Source: Methanocaldococcus sp. 16A | GTDB taxonomy: Archaea; AGJL01; Methanococci; Methanococcales; Methanocaldococcaceae | DNA: 64,000 nt | Strand: one strand, 5' to 3' | NCBI GenBank assembly: GCA_049860595.1 | Contig: CP187551.1 | In this document: positions 44,150 to 56,719 of the stretch, piece by piece | How the letters are laid out: every line of letters begins with the position of its first letter | Position numbering within the stretch: the stretch's first letter is position 1 | Program-made: the position numbers and the translations under genes | Notes under the pieces: model-generated | The model's database searches: none | Told to the model about the DNA's origin: nothing | What the model saw: only the letters and a program-made list of their open reading frames with translations

Positions 44150-45121
44150 TTATTCCACCAAATTATAAAAATCTACAATCATTTTTAAGTCATCTTCTAA
44201 AATTCTACCTTTTGTAGTTAAATAATTTCCAACCATTAATCCATCCAAAGCCATTAAAGCATAGGATTGTAAATCTCTCAAATTATATACTCTTCCACCA
44301 GCCAATCTAATTTCTGCATAAGGCATAATTATTTTATATAAAGCCAAAGACTTTAGAGCATCTGAAATACCTATTGGCTTAATTTCTCCATTTTTTATTT
44401 TTTCATAAGCTTTAGTTCCTTCAATTGGGTGTAAAATATTTATTGGGACACTATCAACTCTTAACTCTTTAAGTTCAAAAGCCATTTTTATTCTTTCTTC
44501 TAAGCTTTCTCCAAGTCCAAATATCCCACCACTACAAACTTCTAAGCCAAGCTTTTTAGCCTCTTTTATTATTTTAACTTTATCTTCATAAGAATGAGTT
44601 GAGCATATGTTTTTAAAGTGGTTTTTTGATGTTTCTAAGTTGTTGTGCAATCTCACATTTAATTTTTTTAATTCCTTTAATTTTTCTTTCTCTAATAAAC
44701 CCAAAGAACAACATACTTTTAAATTTGTTTCTTCTTTTATGAGCTCTAGAGCTTCAAGAATTTCTATAAATTCATCATCATTAATTTTTTTACCACTTGT
44801 AACTATGCTAAATCTTTCAACGATTCCATCAAAATTTTTAGCATATTCTAAAATCTCCCTTTTTGATTTTAATGGATATATTGGGATGTTGCAATTATTG
44901 TGAATTGACTGAGAGCAGAAAATACAATTCTCTGAACATTTTCCACTTTTAGCGTTTATTATAGCACATAATTTAATTTTATCATTATTTTTTACTTTAT
45001 TTTTTATCTTAAAAGATAAATATAGCAAATCTATGGCATTGAAGTTTTTGTAAAGATATATGGCGTCATCAAAACTTATCCTATTTTTTAAAGATTTTTC
45101 TAAAAAAGTTTCAACATCCAT
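44150..45121 (-). CDS. bioB: Biotin synthase (radical SAM)
   Basis: NAKSGKCSENCIFCSQS, HNNLETS, CSGGIFGLGE, SVPIN and GNYLTT motifs. Confidence 0.92.
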   Translation of the reverse strand: MDVETFLEKSLKNRISFDDAIYLYKNFNAIDLLYLSFKIKNKVKNNDKIKLCAIINAKSGKCSENCIFCSQSIHNNCNIPIYPLKSKREILEYAKNFDGIVERFSIVTSGKKINDDEFIEILEALELIKEETNLKVCCSLGLLEKEKLKELKKLNVRLHNNLETSKNHFKNICSTHSYEDKVKIIKEAKKLGLEVCSGGIFGLGESLEERIKMAFELKELRVDSVPINILHPIEGTKAYEKIKNGEIKPIGISDALKSLALYKIIMPYAEIRLAGGRVYNLRDLQSYALMALDGLMVGNYLTTKGRILEDDLKMIVDFYNLVE

Positions 45122-45171
45122 AAAAATCACCTTCCATCAGTAATAAAAATAAGATTTAAAGTTTATCTTAA

Positions 45172-45249
45172 AAATAGGACTTTCATAGGAATAAATATAT
45201 CTATCGACATCCAACTATCCTTATAATATAAATTGCGAAAGTTCTATTT
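45172..45249 (+). mobile_element. MITE-like palindromic repeat, shortened; supplies the stop codon of the adjacent gene
   Basis: AAATAGGACTTTCATAGGAATAAATAT...TTGCGAAAGTTCTATTT. Confidence 0.75.
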
Positions 45250-45573
45250 AAAAGTCTCTTTGTAGTATTTCTCTGTTATATCTCCAAATATTGGAAATTT
45301 ATATTTTTCTCCATTGTAAGCTTTAATCATTCCAACAATCCACAAGATAATCATAGCGATATCTATTAAAGTAGAAGCAATCCATCCTACTATTATAATC
45401 TTTGAAACGAATAAATCCACCAAATTTAAACTTAAAAATGTTATAAATGACTGCATTGCATGAAATCTAATAAAATCATCTTCTTTTTCTAACAATAAAA
45501 ATATCAATCCACTAACCCAAAACAGCAGATAACATAAAGCCCCCTCTACATTTTTATCTAATCCAAAAGCCAT
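45244..45573 (-). CDS. DUF4870 / Tic20-like small membrane protein
   Basis: ALCYLL...IRFHAMQS...KAYNGE.YKFP motifs. Confidence 0.8.
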   Translation of the reverse strand: MAFGLDKNVEGALCYLLFWVSGLIFLLLEKEDDFIRFHAMQSFITFLSLNLVDLFVSKIIIVGWIASTLIDIAMIILWIVGMIKAYNGEKYKFPIFGDITEKYYKETFK

Positions 45574-45622
45574 AATATCACCAAAAAAAAATATAAAATA
45601 TTATTATAATATAAAAATATAT

Positions 45623-46288
<666 letters not shown>

Positions 46289-46301
46289 TCACCGTGAGAG
46301 T

Positions 46302-46814
46302 ATGGTAATTCAGACTAAGATAGTTCAGATAAAAGATTATTTCATAGGGATAGTATTTAAAGATAATCAATTAGTTAAGAATACAATCCCTCTAAGAAGA
46401 GAAGAGATATCCAAATTTTTCAATGGAGAGATTAGTAGGGAGAGTAAATATTTAAGAGTGGCAGAAATTATATTAGAACTATATCTTGGAAAAATGGATG
46501 ATAAAGAAGCAAGAAGGATAATAAACTATAAATTAGAAGTTTCAGAATTTACAAAAAAGGTTTTAGATGTTGTTAAAGATATAGAATTTGGGGAGGTATT
46601 AACTTATGGAGATATAGCCAAAAAACTAAACACTTCACCAAGAGCTGTTGGAAGGGCATTAAAAGCTAATCCTTTACCTTTAATAATCCCTTGCCATAGA
46701 GTTGTTGCTAAAAATTCTTTAGGCGGATATTCTTATGGTGTGGATAAAAAAAGATTTATCTTAGAGATAGAAAAAATTAGAAAAAATAGAAAAATAATAA
46801 AAAATAAACAGTAA
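46302..46814 (+). CDS. ogt: Methylated-DNA--protein-cysteine methyltransferase
   Basis: SPRAVG HTH and PCHRV active site. Confidence 0.95.
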   Translation: MVIQTKIVQIKDYFIGIVFKDNQLVKNTIPLRREEISKFFNGEISRESKYLRVAEIILELYLGKMDDKEARRIINYKLEVSEFTKKVLDVVKDIEFGEVLTYGDIAKKLNTSPRAVGRALKANPLPLIIPCHRVVAKNSLGGYSYGVDKKRFILEIEKIRKNRKIIKNKQ

Positions 46815-46848
46815 AAAATAACAGGCAATTTAATTAATTAGTGGGAAC

Positions 46849-47319
46849 ATGATAATAAGAAAATTTACATCTAATGATTTAGATGCTGTTGAAGAAATTG
46901 AAAAAGAAGCATTTAAAACTCCTTATCCTACTGAGTTAATTTTAGGAATATGGGCTATGTATCCAAACTGTTTTTATGTGGCAGAGGTTGATAGAAAAGT
47001 TGTTGGCTATATTTTAGGAAGTATGGATTGGGGAAATGGACATATTGTATCATTAGCCGTCAAAAAGGAATATAGAGGGCTTGGAATAGGAACGGCTTTA
47101 TTAAAAACATTAGAAAACTATTATTTCAATGTAGCCAATTGTAATTATATAGTTTTGGAGGTTAGAGTTTCAAACATTGTTGCAAGAAAATTTTATTATA
47201 AGATGGGTTATAAAGATAGAAAGCTCCTTCCAGAATATTATGAAGATGGAGAAGATGCCATACTAATGATAAAAAAGAAACCTAATGCTATAGGACCATT
47301 AATAATAACCTTATGGTGA
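46849..47319 (+). CDS. rimI: N-terminal acetyltransferase (RimI/Ard1)
   Basis: GNAT motifs RGLGIG, LEVRVSN and YYEDGEDA. Confidence 0.9.
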   Translation: MIIRKFTSNDLDAVEEIEKEAFKTPYPTELILGIWAMYPNCFYVAEVDRKVVGYILGSMDWGNGHIVSLAVKKEYRGLGIGTALLKTLENYYFNVANCNYIVLEVRVSNIVARKFYYKMGYKDRKLLPEYYEDGEDAILMIKKKPNAIGPLIITLW

Positions 47320-47324
47320 TTTAA

Positions 47325-48038
47325 ATGATAATAATTCCTGCAGTTGATTTAAAAGATAAAAAGTGTGTTCAATTAATTCAAGGAGACCCTAATAAAAAGC
47401 ATTTGGAGATAGATAATCCAGTTGAAGTTGCTAAAAAATTTGTAAATGAAGGGGCTGAGTATTTGCACATAGTTGATTTAGATGCCGCATTGGGAAGTGG
47501 GAATAATAGAGATATTATTAAAAACATTATAAAAGAAGTTAATGTTCCAGTTGAAGTTGGAGGAGGAATTAGAAGTTTAGAGATAGCAAAAGAATTAGTT
47601 GATATAGGTGTTGATAGAATTGTAGTAGGAACTAAGGCAATTTTAGAGCCAAAATTTATAGATGAGTTAAATAAAGAGATTGGAAAGGATAAGATTGTTT
47701 TAGCCGTAGAATGTAAAAATGGAAAAGTAGCAGTTAAAGGATGGAAAGAAACTATTGATAAAACTCCAATTCAAGTTATTAAAGAATTTGAAGATAAAAT
47801 TGGCTATATATTATTTACAAATGTAGATGTTGAAGGTTTATTAAAGGGAGTAAAGGTTGATGTAATTAAAGAAATAATAGACAAAACAGATATTCCTATT
47901 ATTTATTCTGGTGGAATTACTACCTTAGAAGATATAAAAGCATTAAAAGAACTTGGCATTCATGGAGTAGTTATTGGTTCAGCGCTATATAAAGGGTTGA
48001 TTGATTTAAAGGAAGCTATAAAAATAGCTAAAAGTTAA
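47325..48038 (+). CDS. hisA: ProFAR isomerase
   Basis: PAVDL, LHIVDLDAA, VGGGIR and SGGI motifs. Confidence 0.95.
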   Translation: MIIIPAVDLKDKKCVQLIQGDPNKKHLEIDNPVEVAKKFVNEGAEYLHIVDLDAALGSGNNRDIIKNIIKEVNVPVEVGGGIRSLEIAKELVDIGVDRIVVGTKAILEPKFIDELNKEIGKDKIVLAVECKNGKVAVKGWKETIDKTPIQVIKEFEDKIGYILFTNVDVEGLLKGVKVDVIKEIIDKTDIPIIYSGGITTLEDIKALKELGIHGVVIGSALYKGLIDLKEAIKIAKS

Positions 48039-48073
48039 AAACCACAAAACGAAGTTTCTAATTAAATACTTTT

Positions 48074-48171
48074 AATAAGACTTTCGTAGTTAATGTATTA
48101 TTTTTGGAACTTTGACACCTTTAGGAGTCTATATTCATAGCAAATATATTTATTCCTGCGAAAGTTCTATT
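48074..48171 (-). mobile_element. MITE-like palindromic repeat, near-identical inverted partner of 50444-50539
   Basis: Reverse complement differs from the 50447 copy at about 4 internal positions. Confidence 0.88.
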
Positions 48172-48186
48172 TTAAATTACTAAGAG

Positions 48187-48248
48187 GCATTACTTCCAAA
48201 GGAAGCAATGCATCCTGGGGTATACCAATAGGGGCGTAGCTCCAATGG
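48187..48248. repeat. Third palindromic element (two GC-rich hairpins)
   Basis: GCATTACTTCC-aaa-GGAAGCAATGC and CCAATAGGGGC-GTA-GCTCCAATGG. Confidence 0.7.
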
Positions 48249-48260
48249 AAAGTTAATTTT

Positions 48261-50174
48261 TTACTGAATATCCACATATATATCCCTTCCCTCATCCATT
48301 GCATCTAAAAGTTCTTTTCCTACCTTTGTTTTTTTGTTTATCCTTACTGTCCCATCATTTCTAACAGTTACAGTTGTTAATAACTTTCCATCTATGTATA
48401 TCCTTATATTCTCTCCTGCAAAGTCTTCCCCAACATCCACAATTACATATTTATCAGTTTCATAAATTTTTGTTGATTCAAGCTCATTTACAAATTCATA
48501 CTTTCTATATATTCTATCTAAATCTTTTTCTTCTTCTTTTTCCTTTTCTTTGACTGAAATCTTTAATCCAAGCATATCCTCTAATTTTGATATCTCCCTA
48601 CCACCTTTACCTATAATAGCTCCAACATATTTCTCTGGAACAATTAAATCAATTGAATTATCTCCAGTAACTTTTACCATTGGCTTTGCCTTCCTTGGAA
48701 GAAGTTTTCTCAATATCTCCTCCAATTTCTCTTCAGCATATCCGTATATTGGAGCTTTTTTATTATCCTCTTCTTTAATTGGCATAACAACTACTTGCTC
48801 TCCATAGGTATAGATTTCATACTCAACTTTTCCAGTTTCAAAGTCTTTAACTTCAATAACTGGCCTTGCCAAATCTTCTTCAACCATTCCATAAGGCACT
48901 TTAACTGTAAAGTCTATTTCATAAACCTTCTGTATTTTTCCATCCTTTATGAATATCACTGTATCAACAACTTGCGGAATAACTCCAAGCTCAACTCTCC
49001 CAATTAATCTTTGTATAGCATCTATTGGTTTTGAGGCATGAACTACCCCAACCATTCCAACGCCAGCCATCCTCATGTCTGCAAATATCTCAAAGTCTCT
49101 TGTCTTTCTAACTTCATCATAAATTGTGTAATCAGGTCTAACCAATAATAATATGTCGCATGTTTTCTCCATATCTCCTTCCAATGGGGCATATTGAGTT
49201 ATCTCCTTACTAACCTGTAAATCTCTTGGACTTTCCATTGTCTTAACTATCTTTCCTTGACTTCTATAAAACTCCGCTAAAGCAGCAACAAATGTAGATT
49301 TTCCGCTTCCTGGAGGTCCAGAAACAAAAATTCCCTCTGCTCTTTCTTTTAATCTCTGCATTAATTTCTCTGACAATTCGTAATCCTCCAATGAAGCTTT
49401 AACTACTGGTCTAACTGCTGTAACTTCCAAAGCCTCAGAAAATGGTGGCCTTGCGATTGAAATCCTGATATTACCTAACTGAATAACTGTAGCCCCTTTT
49501 CTCTGAATTTCAAAGAATCCATTGTTTTGTTCAGCATACTTTATAATGTTGTCAATAATATCTTCCATTTCTTCTTTAGTTAGCTCTTTCTCTCCAATAG
49601 GTACAAGCTTTACAGCTCCTGGCTTACCTTTTTTAGCATAAGGAAGACAGCCCTCTTTTAAATGCACAGACATTGTTTCTTCATCAAAGTATTTATCTAA
49701 TACAAGCTCAACTTCTTCTTCCATAGCTTCTAAGAAGTAAGCTTCAATACCCTGTGCTTTAGCTAAGTTGTATTGAATCCAATCACTTGTTAATAATATA
49801 GAGTTTGTCTCTTTAGCTACTTTTCTAATCATTGCATCTATCTCTCCACTTTTTGCTAAAAATATCTCTTCTCTTGTAGGTCTTTCTCCACAGTATTCAA
49901 CTTTAATGTTATGTTCGTTAGCTTTCTCTGTTAATTTTCTAAGCTCTTCTATTCCTTTATATCCAATTTCTCTTCCCATATTCGCTTGATATTCTAATTC
50001 AGAGACTACAGCCTCTGGAATAATTATTGTAGCATCTTTCAGTTTACCTCTCTCAATTAATTCAGTTATTCTGCCATCTATAACTACACATGTATCAACA
50101 CAAACCTTTTTTCCGATTAAATCTAATTCATCTATAGACTTTGTTTCCATTTTCTTTCTTTCTTCAAGATTCAT
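48261..50174 (-). CDS. PINA-type PIN domain + VirB11-like ATPase + KH protein
   Basis: VDTCVVIDG PIN domain, GPPGSGKST, YDEVR, KH motif IIGKGG. Confidence 0.9.
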   Translation of the reverse strand: MNLEERKKMETKSIDELDLIGKKVCVDTCVVIDGRITELIERGKLKDATIIIPEAVVSELEYQANMGREIGYKGIEELRKLTEKANEHNIKVEYCGERPTREEIFLAKSGEIDAMIRKVAKETNSILLTSDWIQYNLAKAQGIEAYFLEAMEEEVELVLDKYFDEETMSVHLKEGCLPYAKKGKPGAVKLVPIGEKELTKEEMEDIIDNIIKYAEQNNGFFEIQRKGATVIQLGNIRISIARPPFSEALEVTAVRPVVKASLEDYELSEKLMQRLKERAEGIFVSGPPGSGKSTFVAALAEFYRSQGKIVKTMESPRDLQVSKEITQYAPLEGDMEKTCDILLLVRPDYTIYDEVRKTRDFEIFADMRMAGVGMVGVVHASKPIDAIQRLIGRVELGVIPQVVDTVIFIKDGKIQKVYEIDFTVKVPYGMVEEDLARPVIEVKDFETGKVEYEIYTYGEQVVVMPIKEEDNKKAPIYGYAEEKLEEILRKLLPRKAKPMVKVTGDNSIDLIVPEKYVGAIIGKGGREISKLEDMLGLKISVKEKEKEEEKDLDRIYRKYEFVNELESTKIYETDKYVIVDVGEDFAGENIRIYIDGKLLTTVTVRNDGTVRINKKTKVGKELLDAMDEGRDIYVDIQ

Positions 50175-50443
50175 ACCTGTCACCTTCAAATTAAGCTTAT
50201 AATGTAATTTAGAATTAAGATGATGATTTGAACAATTACAAATTTGTGATAAACTTCCTAAATATTATTTATATTATTTAAATGGTTTTGACATTTAAAC
50301 ATTTTTTTAGAATTAAATATTTTTTTAGATAAATTAATAACCCCTATCAGAAATTTTTACCTCTATAAATATTTTTCGATTTGTGGTAAATAGAAAACTT
50401 AATTACTACCATAAAATGATAATATAATAATTGTGGTTAATAC

Positions 50444-50539
50444 ACAGGACTTTCGCAGGAATAAATATATTTGTATGAATATAGACTCCTAAAGGTGTCA
50501 AAGTTCCAAAAATAATACATTAACTGCGAAAGTCCTGTG
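50444..50539 (+). mobile_element. MITE-like palindromic repeat (GGACTTTCGCAG family), immediately upstream of mer
   Basis: Perfect inverted ends CACAGGACTTTCGCAG / CTGCGAAAGTCCTGTG. Confidence 0.9.
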
Positions 50540-50540
50540 A

Positions 50541-51557
<1,017 letters not shown>

Positions 51558-51646
51558 ATTAAGAGAATAAAAATTTTCTCCTAAATTTTTCTTTTTTATT
51601 TATCTTTAAATAGAATTAAAAAAATTATTTTAAGATTTTTAGAGAT

Positions 51647-52552
51647 TTACAATTTTTGCAGATATTTAATAACATTTGCCATAGCTACACATCCATCTCC
51701 TACAGCTTTTGCTACTTGCATAACCCCTCCCCTAACATCCCCTACAGCATAAATTCCATCTATATTTGTTTTACAGTTTTCATCTGTTTTAATAAATCCT
51801 CTTTTATCTAATTCTATTCCACTATCTCTTAAAAATTCAGTATTTGGAACATGTCCCAAGCTTATAAATATCCCATCTGCTTTTATTATTTCTTCCTTTC
51901 CATTAACTAATATTTTTACTCCTTCTGCTCTCTCATTCCCAATGATTTCTAACGGTTTTGCATTGTATATTATTTCAACGTTATTAGCTTCTTTAAGCTT
52001 ATCTAACATTATCGGCTCAGCAGCTTTTAACTCTGATTTATCAGTAATTACAATAACTTTTTTAGCAATGTCTTTTAAATTTATAGCACTCATTATTGCT
52101 GGAGTGTCTCTTCCAACAACAATAACCTCCTTATTTAAATAGAAGAAAGCATCACACATTGTGCAGTAACTAACTCCTCTACCTATAAATTTATCTTCAT
52201 TTAAACCAAGTTTTTTAGACCTTGTTCCAGTTGCTATAACTATAGTTTTAGTTTCATAGGATGAATTTTTTGTTATAACTTTAAACGGCCTATCTTTAGT
52301 ATCTATTTTAACAACCTCATCATACACTATAGGAAGTTTAAACTTTTCAGCATGAGTTTTGAATTTTTCAGCTAATTCATATCCCCTAATCTCTTCAAAT
52401 CCTGGATAGTTTTCAACAATTCCAGCTTCAGCAATCCTTCCCCCAGCATTTTCCTTTTCTATGCATAAAGCTTTTAGCTTACCTCTCATGGCATAAATTC
52501 CAGCGGTTAATCCCCCAGGTCCAGCACCAATAATTATTGTGTCATAAATCAT
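51647..52552 (-). CDS. trxB: Thioredoxin reductase (CxxC flavoprotein)
   Basis: GAGPGG, ENYPGF, CTMCD and YAVGD. The NAD(P)H-binding motif is altered (GRDTPA), consistent with the methanogen variant. Confidence 0.88.
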   Translation of the reverse strand: MIYDTIIIGAGPGGLTAGIYAMRGKLKALCIEKENAGGRIAEAGIVENYPGFEEIRGYELAEKFKTHAEKFKLPIVYDEVVKIDTKDRPFKVITKNSSYETKTIVIATGTRSKKLGLNEDKFIGRGVSYCTMCDAFFYLNKEVIVVGRDTPAIMSAINLKDIAKKVIVITDKSELKAAEPIMLDKLKEANNVEIIYNAKPLEIIGNERAEGVKILVNGKEEIIKADGIFISLGHVPNTEFLRDSGIELDKRGFIKTDENCKTNIDGIYAVGDVRGGVMQVAKAVGDGCVAMANVIKYLQKL

Positions 52553-53562
52553 TTTTTCACCCCATAATTTTTAATATTTTTAATTTTATTTATAAAGATT
52601 TCTAAACACTCTTTACAATTTTTATTGCAACATATTGGGGAATTTAGGAATAAAAGGTTGTGGAATAATGAGCAACCCCACTTTGTTCTCGTTCCATAGG
52701 TTAGTTTTTTTATTTCTTCATCTATGTTGTTGTTTAAGTAAAATATCTCATTCTCATTTCCTTCATTCATAATTGGTTTTAAATTTAAAGTTGGTGGGCT
52801 TCTAACAACAATTCCACTAACTTCTGAAATTTTATTAGCTAACAACATTCCCTCAATACTTGAAACTGGCTCAACTATCGTAGAGTTATCTTTATTTATC
52901 GCTTCTGGAAGGAATGAAACTTTAATTCTCAACCAAGTAGATTCTTCAGGGTTGTTTTTTATTATTTCTTTCCCTTTCTTTGAAATGTTTGCATTCTCTA
53001 AGTAATATTTGTAATGCTCATTACAAAGTTCCCTCAACCTTCTGTCAAATGATTTTTTGTGCGTTAAATAATATTTTGCCTTGACTTTCTTTTTGTAATA
53101 TTTTTTAAAATTCTTTGCACTGAGTCTTGTTAATTTCAATGCCTCTTCAAAAGGTATGTTTGTTTTATATTCAACAAGTTTTGCATATTCGTAAGTTTCA
53201 ATTATTATGTGGTTTTTATATCCCTTATTTGTCTCAACAGCCACTGATACATAATCTTCAAATGTTGGATGTCTTAAAAACATCTTCTTAACGTCTTCAA
53301 AATCCATATTAGGATTGAGCTTTCTAATTTCTTTTGGGGTTAAAAGACAAGGTCCTGTTGTGATATTCTTTGAAATAAAATCTCCAACCATTCCCACAAA
53401 CCTATAATAAGGTAAAGATGTGAAGTCATAAGAGATTATTCTATTGAGCTTATACTTCTCAATAACCCTATTCCAAAATTGAGGGTAAGTGTGATTATAA
53501 TACTCCTCTCCAATGTTGCAGTTGCAGTTATAACAATATGATTTTAAATTCATTGATATCAT
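52549..53562 (-). CDS. Conserved hypothetical protein with Cys clusters at both termini
   Basis: Long ORF overlapping the trxB start by 4 nt; CYNCNC and CCNKNCKEC. Confidence 0.7.
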   Translation of the reverse strand: MISMNLKSYCYNCNCNIGEEYYNHTYPQFWNRVIEKYKLNRIISYDFTSLPYYRFVGMVGDFISKNITTGPCLLTPKEIRKLNPNMDFEDVKKMFLRHPTFEDYVSVAVETNKGYKNHIIIETYEYAKLVEYKTNIPFEEALKLTRLSAKNFKKYYKKKVKAKYYLTHKKSFDRRLRELCNEHYKYYLENANISKKGKEIIKNNPEESTWLRIKVSFLPEAINKDNSTIVEPVSSIEGMLLANKISEVSGIVVRSPPTLNLKPIMNEGNENEIFYLNNNIDEEIKKLTYGTRTKWGCSLFHNLLFLNSPICCNKNCKECLEIFINKIKNIKNYGVKK

Positions 53563-53642
53563 AATACCACCTTGATTGTGCCACATCTATACACTATTAT
53601 TAACATTATCTACTATATATACTTTACCCCATATAAAAATAG

Positions 53643-54401
<759 letters not shown>

Positions 54402-54474
54402 AGAAATAGATACCTTTAAATATAACCAATATTAAATAATTAATTACAACTAATAAAAATCGTGGGGGATTATT

Positions 54475-54792
54475 ATGTCAGAAGGAAAAGAAGTTAAAGA
54501 AATAAAAATTGAAGTTCCTAAAGAAATTGCAGAAAAGATAGAAAAAATAACTAACTTCTTAAATAGTCTAAAAGAAAAGAAAGATGTAGTCTCAAAAGAA
54601 AAAGTCGAAGAGATGTTAAAGCTTATTGATGAAGTTAAAGATAAATTACCTAAAGTTAATGTAGATATTGAAAAAATAGCTAAAGTTTTAGAGGGAAGTG
54701 GTAGTGAGGTTAAAATTGTATTTAACAAATTAACCATTGATGGAGAGGTTGGTTTAAAAATTGTTCCTTTAAAGAAAGAGAAAAAAGAATAA
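54475..54792 (+). CDS. Hypothetical protein
   Basis: GGGGG SD, typical K/E-rich codon usage. Confidence 0.7.
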   Translation: MSEGKEVKEIKIEVPKEIAEKIEKITNFLNSLKEKKDVVSKEKVEEMLKLIDEVKDKLPKVNVDIEKIAKVLEGSGSEVKIVFNKLTIDGEVGLKIVPLKKEKKE

Positions 54793-54804
54793 ATAAGTGA
54801 GATT

Positions 54805-55215
54805 TTGCTTGATAAACTTAATTATCTATTTTTATTTCAGAGATTGATAAAAAAAGGTAGCTTAGAGATAGCATTAGTCAATATTTTTTCTTTAGTGATT
54901 AATAGAGATTATATTATTGTAGATGTTGAGAATACAAAATCACTAAAGGAAATTATAGAAGCAGTTTCTCCAAAATCAGATAATGAAAAATTAATAAGCT
55001 TTTTTGATAAAATCGAAGATTTAAAATCTTTTTTATCAAAAATTTCAAAAATAGCTGAGATTTTAGTTAAAGAGAAAAAAACTTTTATTTTAAAATATAA
55101 TGGAAAAGAGGTTTTAATTGTTGGTTATGATGCAAAAGGCGGAATAATTTTAAAAAATATAAAAATTGTTAATAAACTGCTTTTGATAAAGATGTTGGAT
55201 GAATTTAGAGGTTAA
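54805..55215 (+). CDS. Hypothetical protein
   Basis: TTG-start ORF co-oriented with the previous gene, filling the gap to dadD. Confidence 0.6.
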   Translation: MLDKLNYLFLFQRLIKKGSLEIALVNIFSLVINRDYIIVDVENTKSLKEIIEAVSPKSDNEKLISFFDKIEDLKSFLSKISKIAEILVKEKKTFILKYNGKEVLIVGYDAKGGIILKNIKIVNKLLLIKMLDEFRG

Positions 55216-55220
55216 ATTGA

Positions 55221-56483
55221 TTAGTTTCTCAAAATCTCATACATCTCTTCAGCTTTTTCATATACCTTTTCTTCATCAACAGTTAAAATCTTTCCATCTC
55301 TCATAACAATATTTCCATCTATGATAACATCATCCACAAAGCCATTGAATGCATAAACCAAATGGGATATTATATTCTCTTTTGGATACAAGTAAGGCTT
55401 ATCTAAGTTTATTAGAACAATATCTGCTAAATATCCTTCTTTTATTTCTCCAGCTTTTATATTCAATGCTTTAGCTGCATTTTTAGTGGCAAAGTTAAAT
55501 GCTTCCTCTGCTTTAACAACAGTTGGATTTAAATTAATTCCCTTATGTAAAATAGCTGATACCTTTATCTCTTCAAATAAGTTTAGATTGTTGTTACTTC
55601 CACATCCATCAGTTCCTAAGGTAATGTTTATTCCTTCATTTAAAAGCTTTAGAATTGGAGCTATTCCAGAAGCTAATTTTAAATTACTAATTGGATTATG
55701 AGAAACATTTATGTTTTTTTCTTTCATTATCTTAATTTCTTCATCTGTTAAATGTACGCAGTGAGCAGCTATTACATTAACATCATCAAAGAAACCAAAT
55801 GAATTTAAATAAACAAAGGGCTCCATGCCAGTCTTCTCTTTAACCATTTTAATCTCATCCAAGGTTTCATTCATATGTATATGGATAGGGACATTATATT
55901 TTTTAGCTAAACTATTAACTTCCATTAAAAGCTCTTTAGAGCAAGTATAAGGAGCGTGAGGGCCTAAAGCAGGGAGTATTCTACTGTTATTTAATTTGTT
56001 TATATAGTTTATATACTTCTCAGCATTTTTAATTTCTTTCTCTCTTTTCTCTTCATCAAATAAATCTATCATTCCGTAAGCTAAAACAGCTCTCATTCCA
56101 CTTTCATCTACAGCCTTAGCAATTCCTTCTAAAAAGAAGTACATATCGTTGAATGTTGTTGTACCACTTCTAATCATCTCCACACAACCCAACAAAGTTC
56201 CCCAATAGACAATTTCTTCATTAAGCTTTGCTTCCATAGGCCAAATATAGTTGTTTAACCACTCCATTAGAGGTAAGTCATCAGCAACTCCTCTAAATAG
56301 AGTCATTGGTATATGAGTGTGAGTATTTATCAACCCAGGAATTGCTATTTTGTTCTTCCCATCTATGATTTCAGCATCCTCTATTTCCTCTTTTTTAATC
56401 TCACCAATCTTTTTTATTTTATTACCTTCAATTAAAATATCCTGCCTTTTTCCATTTACATATACCTCTTTTATCAATAACAC
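55221..56483 (-). CDS. dadD: 5'-deoxyadenosine/SAH deaminase (amidohydrolase)
   Basis: PGLINTHTH, PHAPYT, HIHMNET, AAHCVHL and LGTDG motifs. Confidence 0.85.
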   Translation of the reverse strand: MLLIKEVYVNGKRQDILIEGNKIKKIGEIKKEEIEDAEIIDGKNKIAIPGLINTHTHIPMTLFRGVADDLPLMEWLNNYIWPMEAKLNEEIVYWGTLLGCVEMIRSGTTTFNDMYFFLEGIAKAVDESGMRAVLAYGMIDLFDEEKREKEIKNAEKYINYINKLNNSRILPALGPHAPYTCSKELLMEVNSLAKKYNVPIHIHMNETLDEIKMVKEKTGMEPFVYLNSFGFFDDVNVIAAHCVHLTDEEIKIMKEKNINVSHNPISNLKLASGIAPILKLLNEGINITLGTDGCGSNNNLNLFEEIKVSAILHKGINLNPTVVKAEEAFNFATKNAAKALNIKAGEIKEGYLADIVLINLDKPYLYPKENIISHLVYAFNGFVDDVIIDGNIVMRDGKILTVDEEKVYEKAEEMYEILRN

Positions 56484-56511
56484 ATTTTCACCTTTCAAAA
56501 ATTTTTTAAAA

Positions 56512-56606
56512 TATAGGATTTTCGCAGTTTATATATTAAATAAGGAACTTTGACACCTTTAAGTGTCTATATTCAATAAAAAATTTATTACTGCGAAAGT
56601 CCTATA
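56512..56606 (-). mobile_element. MITE-like palindromic repeat (GGACTTTCGCAG family)
   Basis: Ends TATAGGATTTTCGCAG / CTGCGAAAGTCCTATA; internal GACAC...GTGTC hairpin. Confidence 0.88.
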
Positions 56607-56719
56607 ATTACCTTCCTATACCATAAATCTTTAGTTATGAATAGACCGAAAATCTTATATTATTTAGTAGTTAATAGATGTAGCGATATTTAAATAAAAA
56701 ATATCTTGTGGTGATAAAA

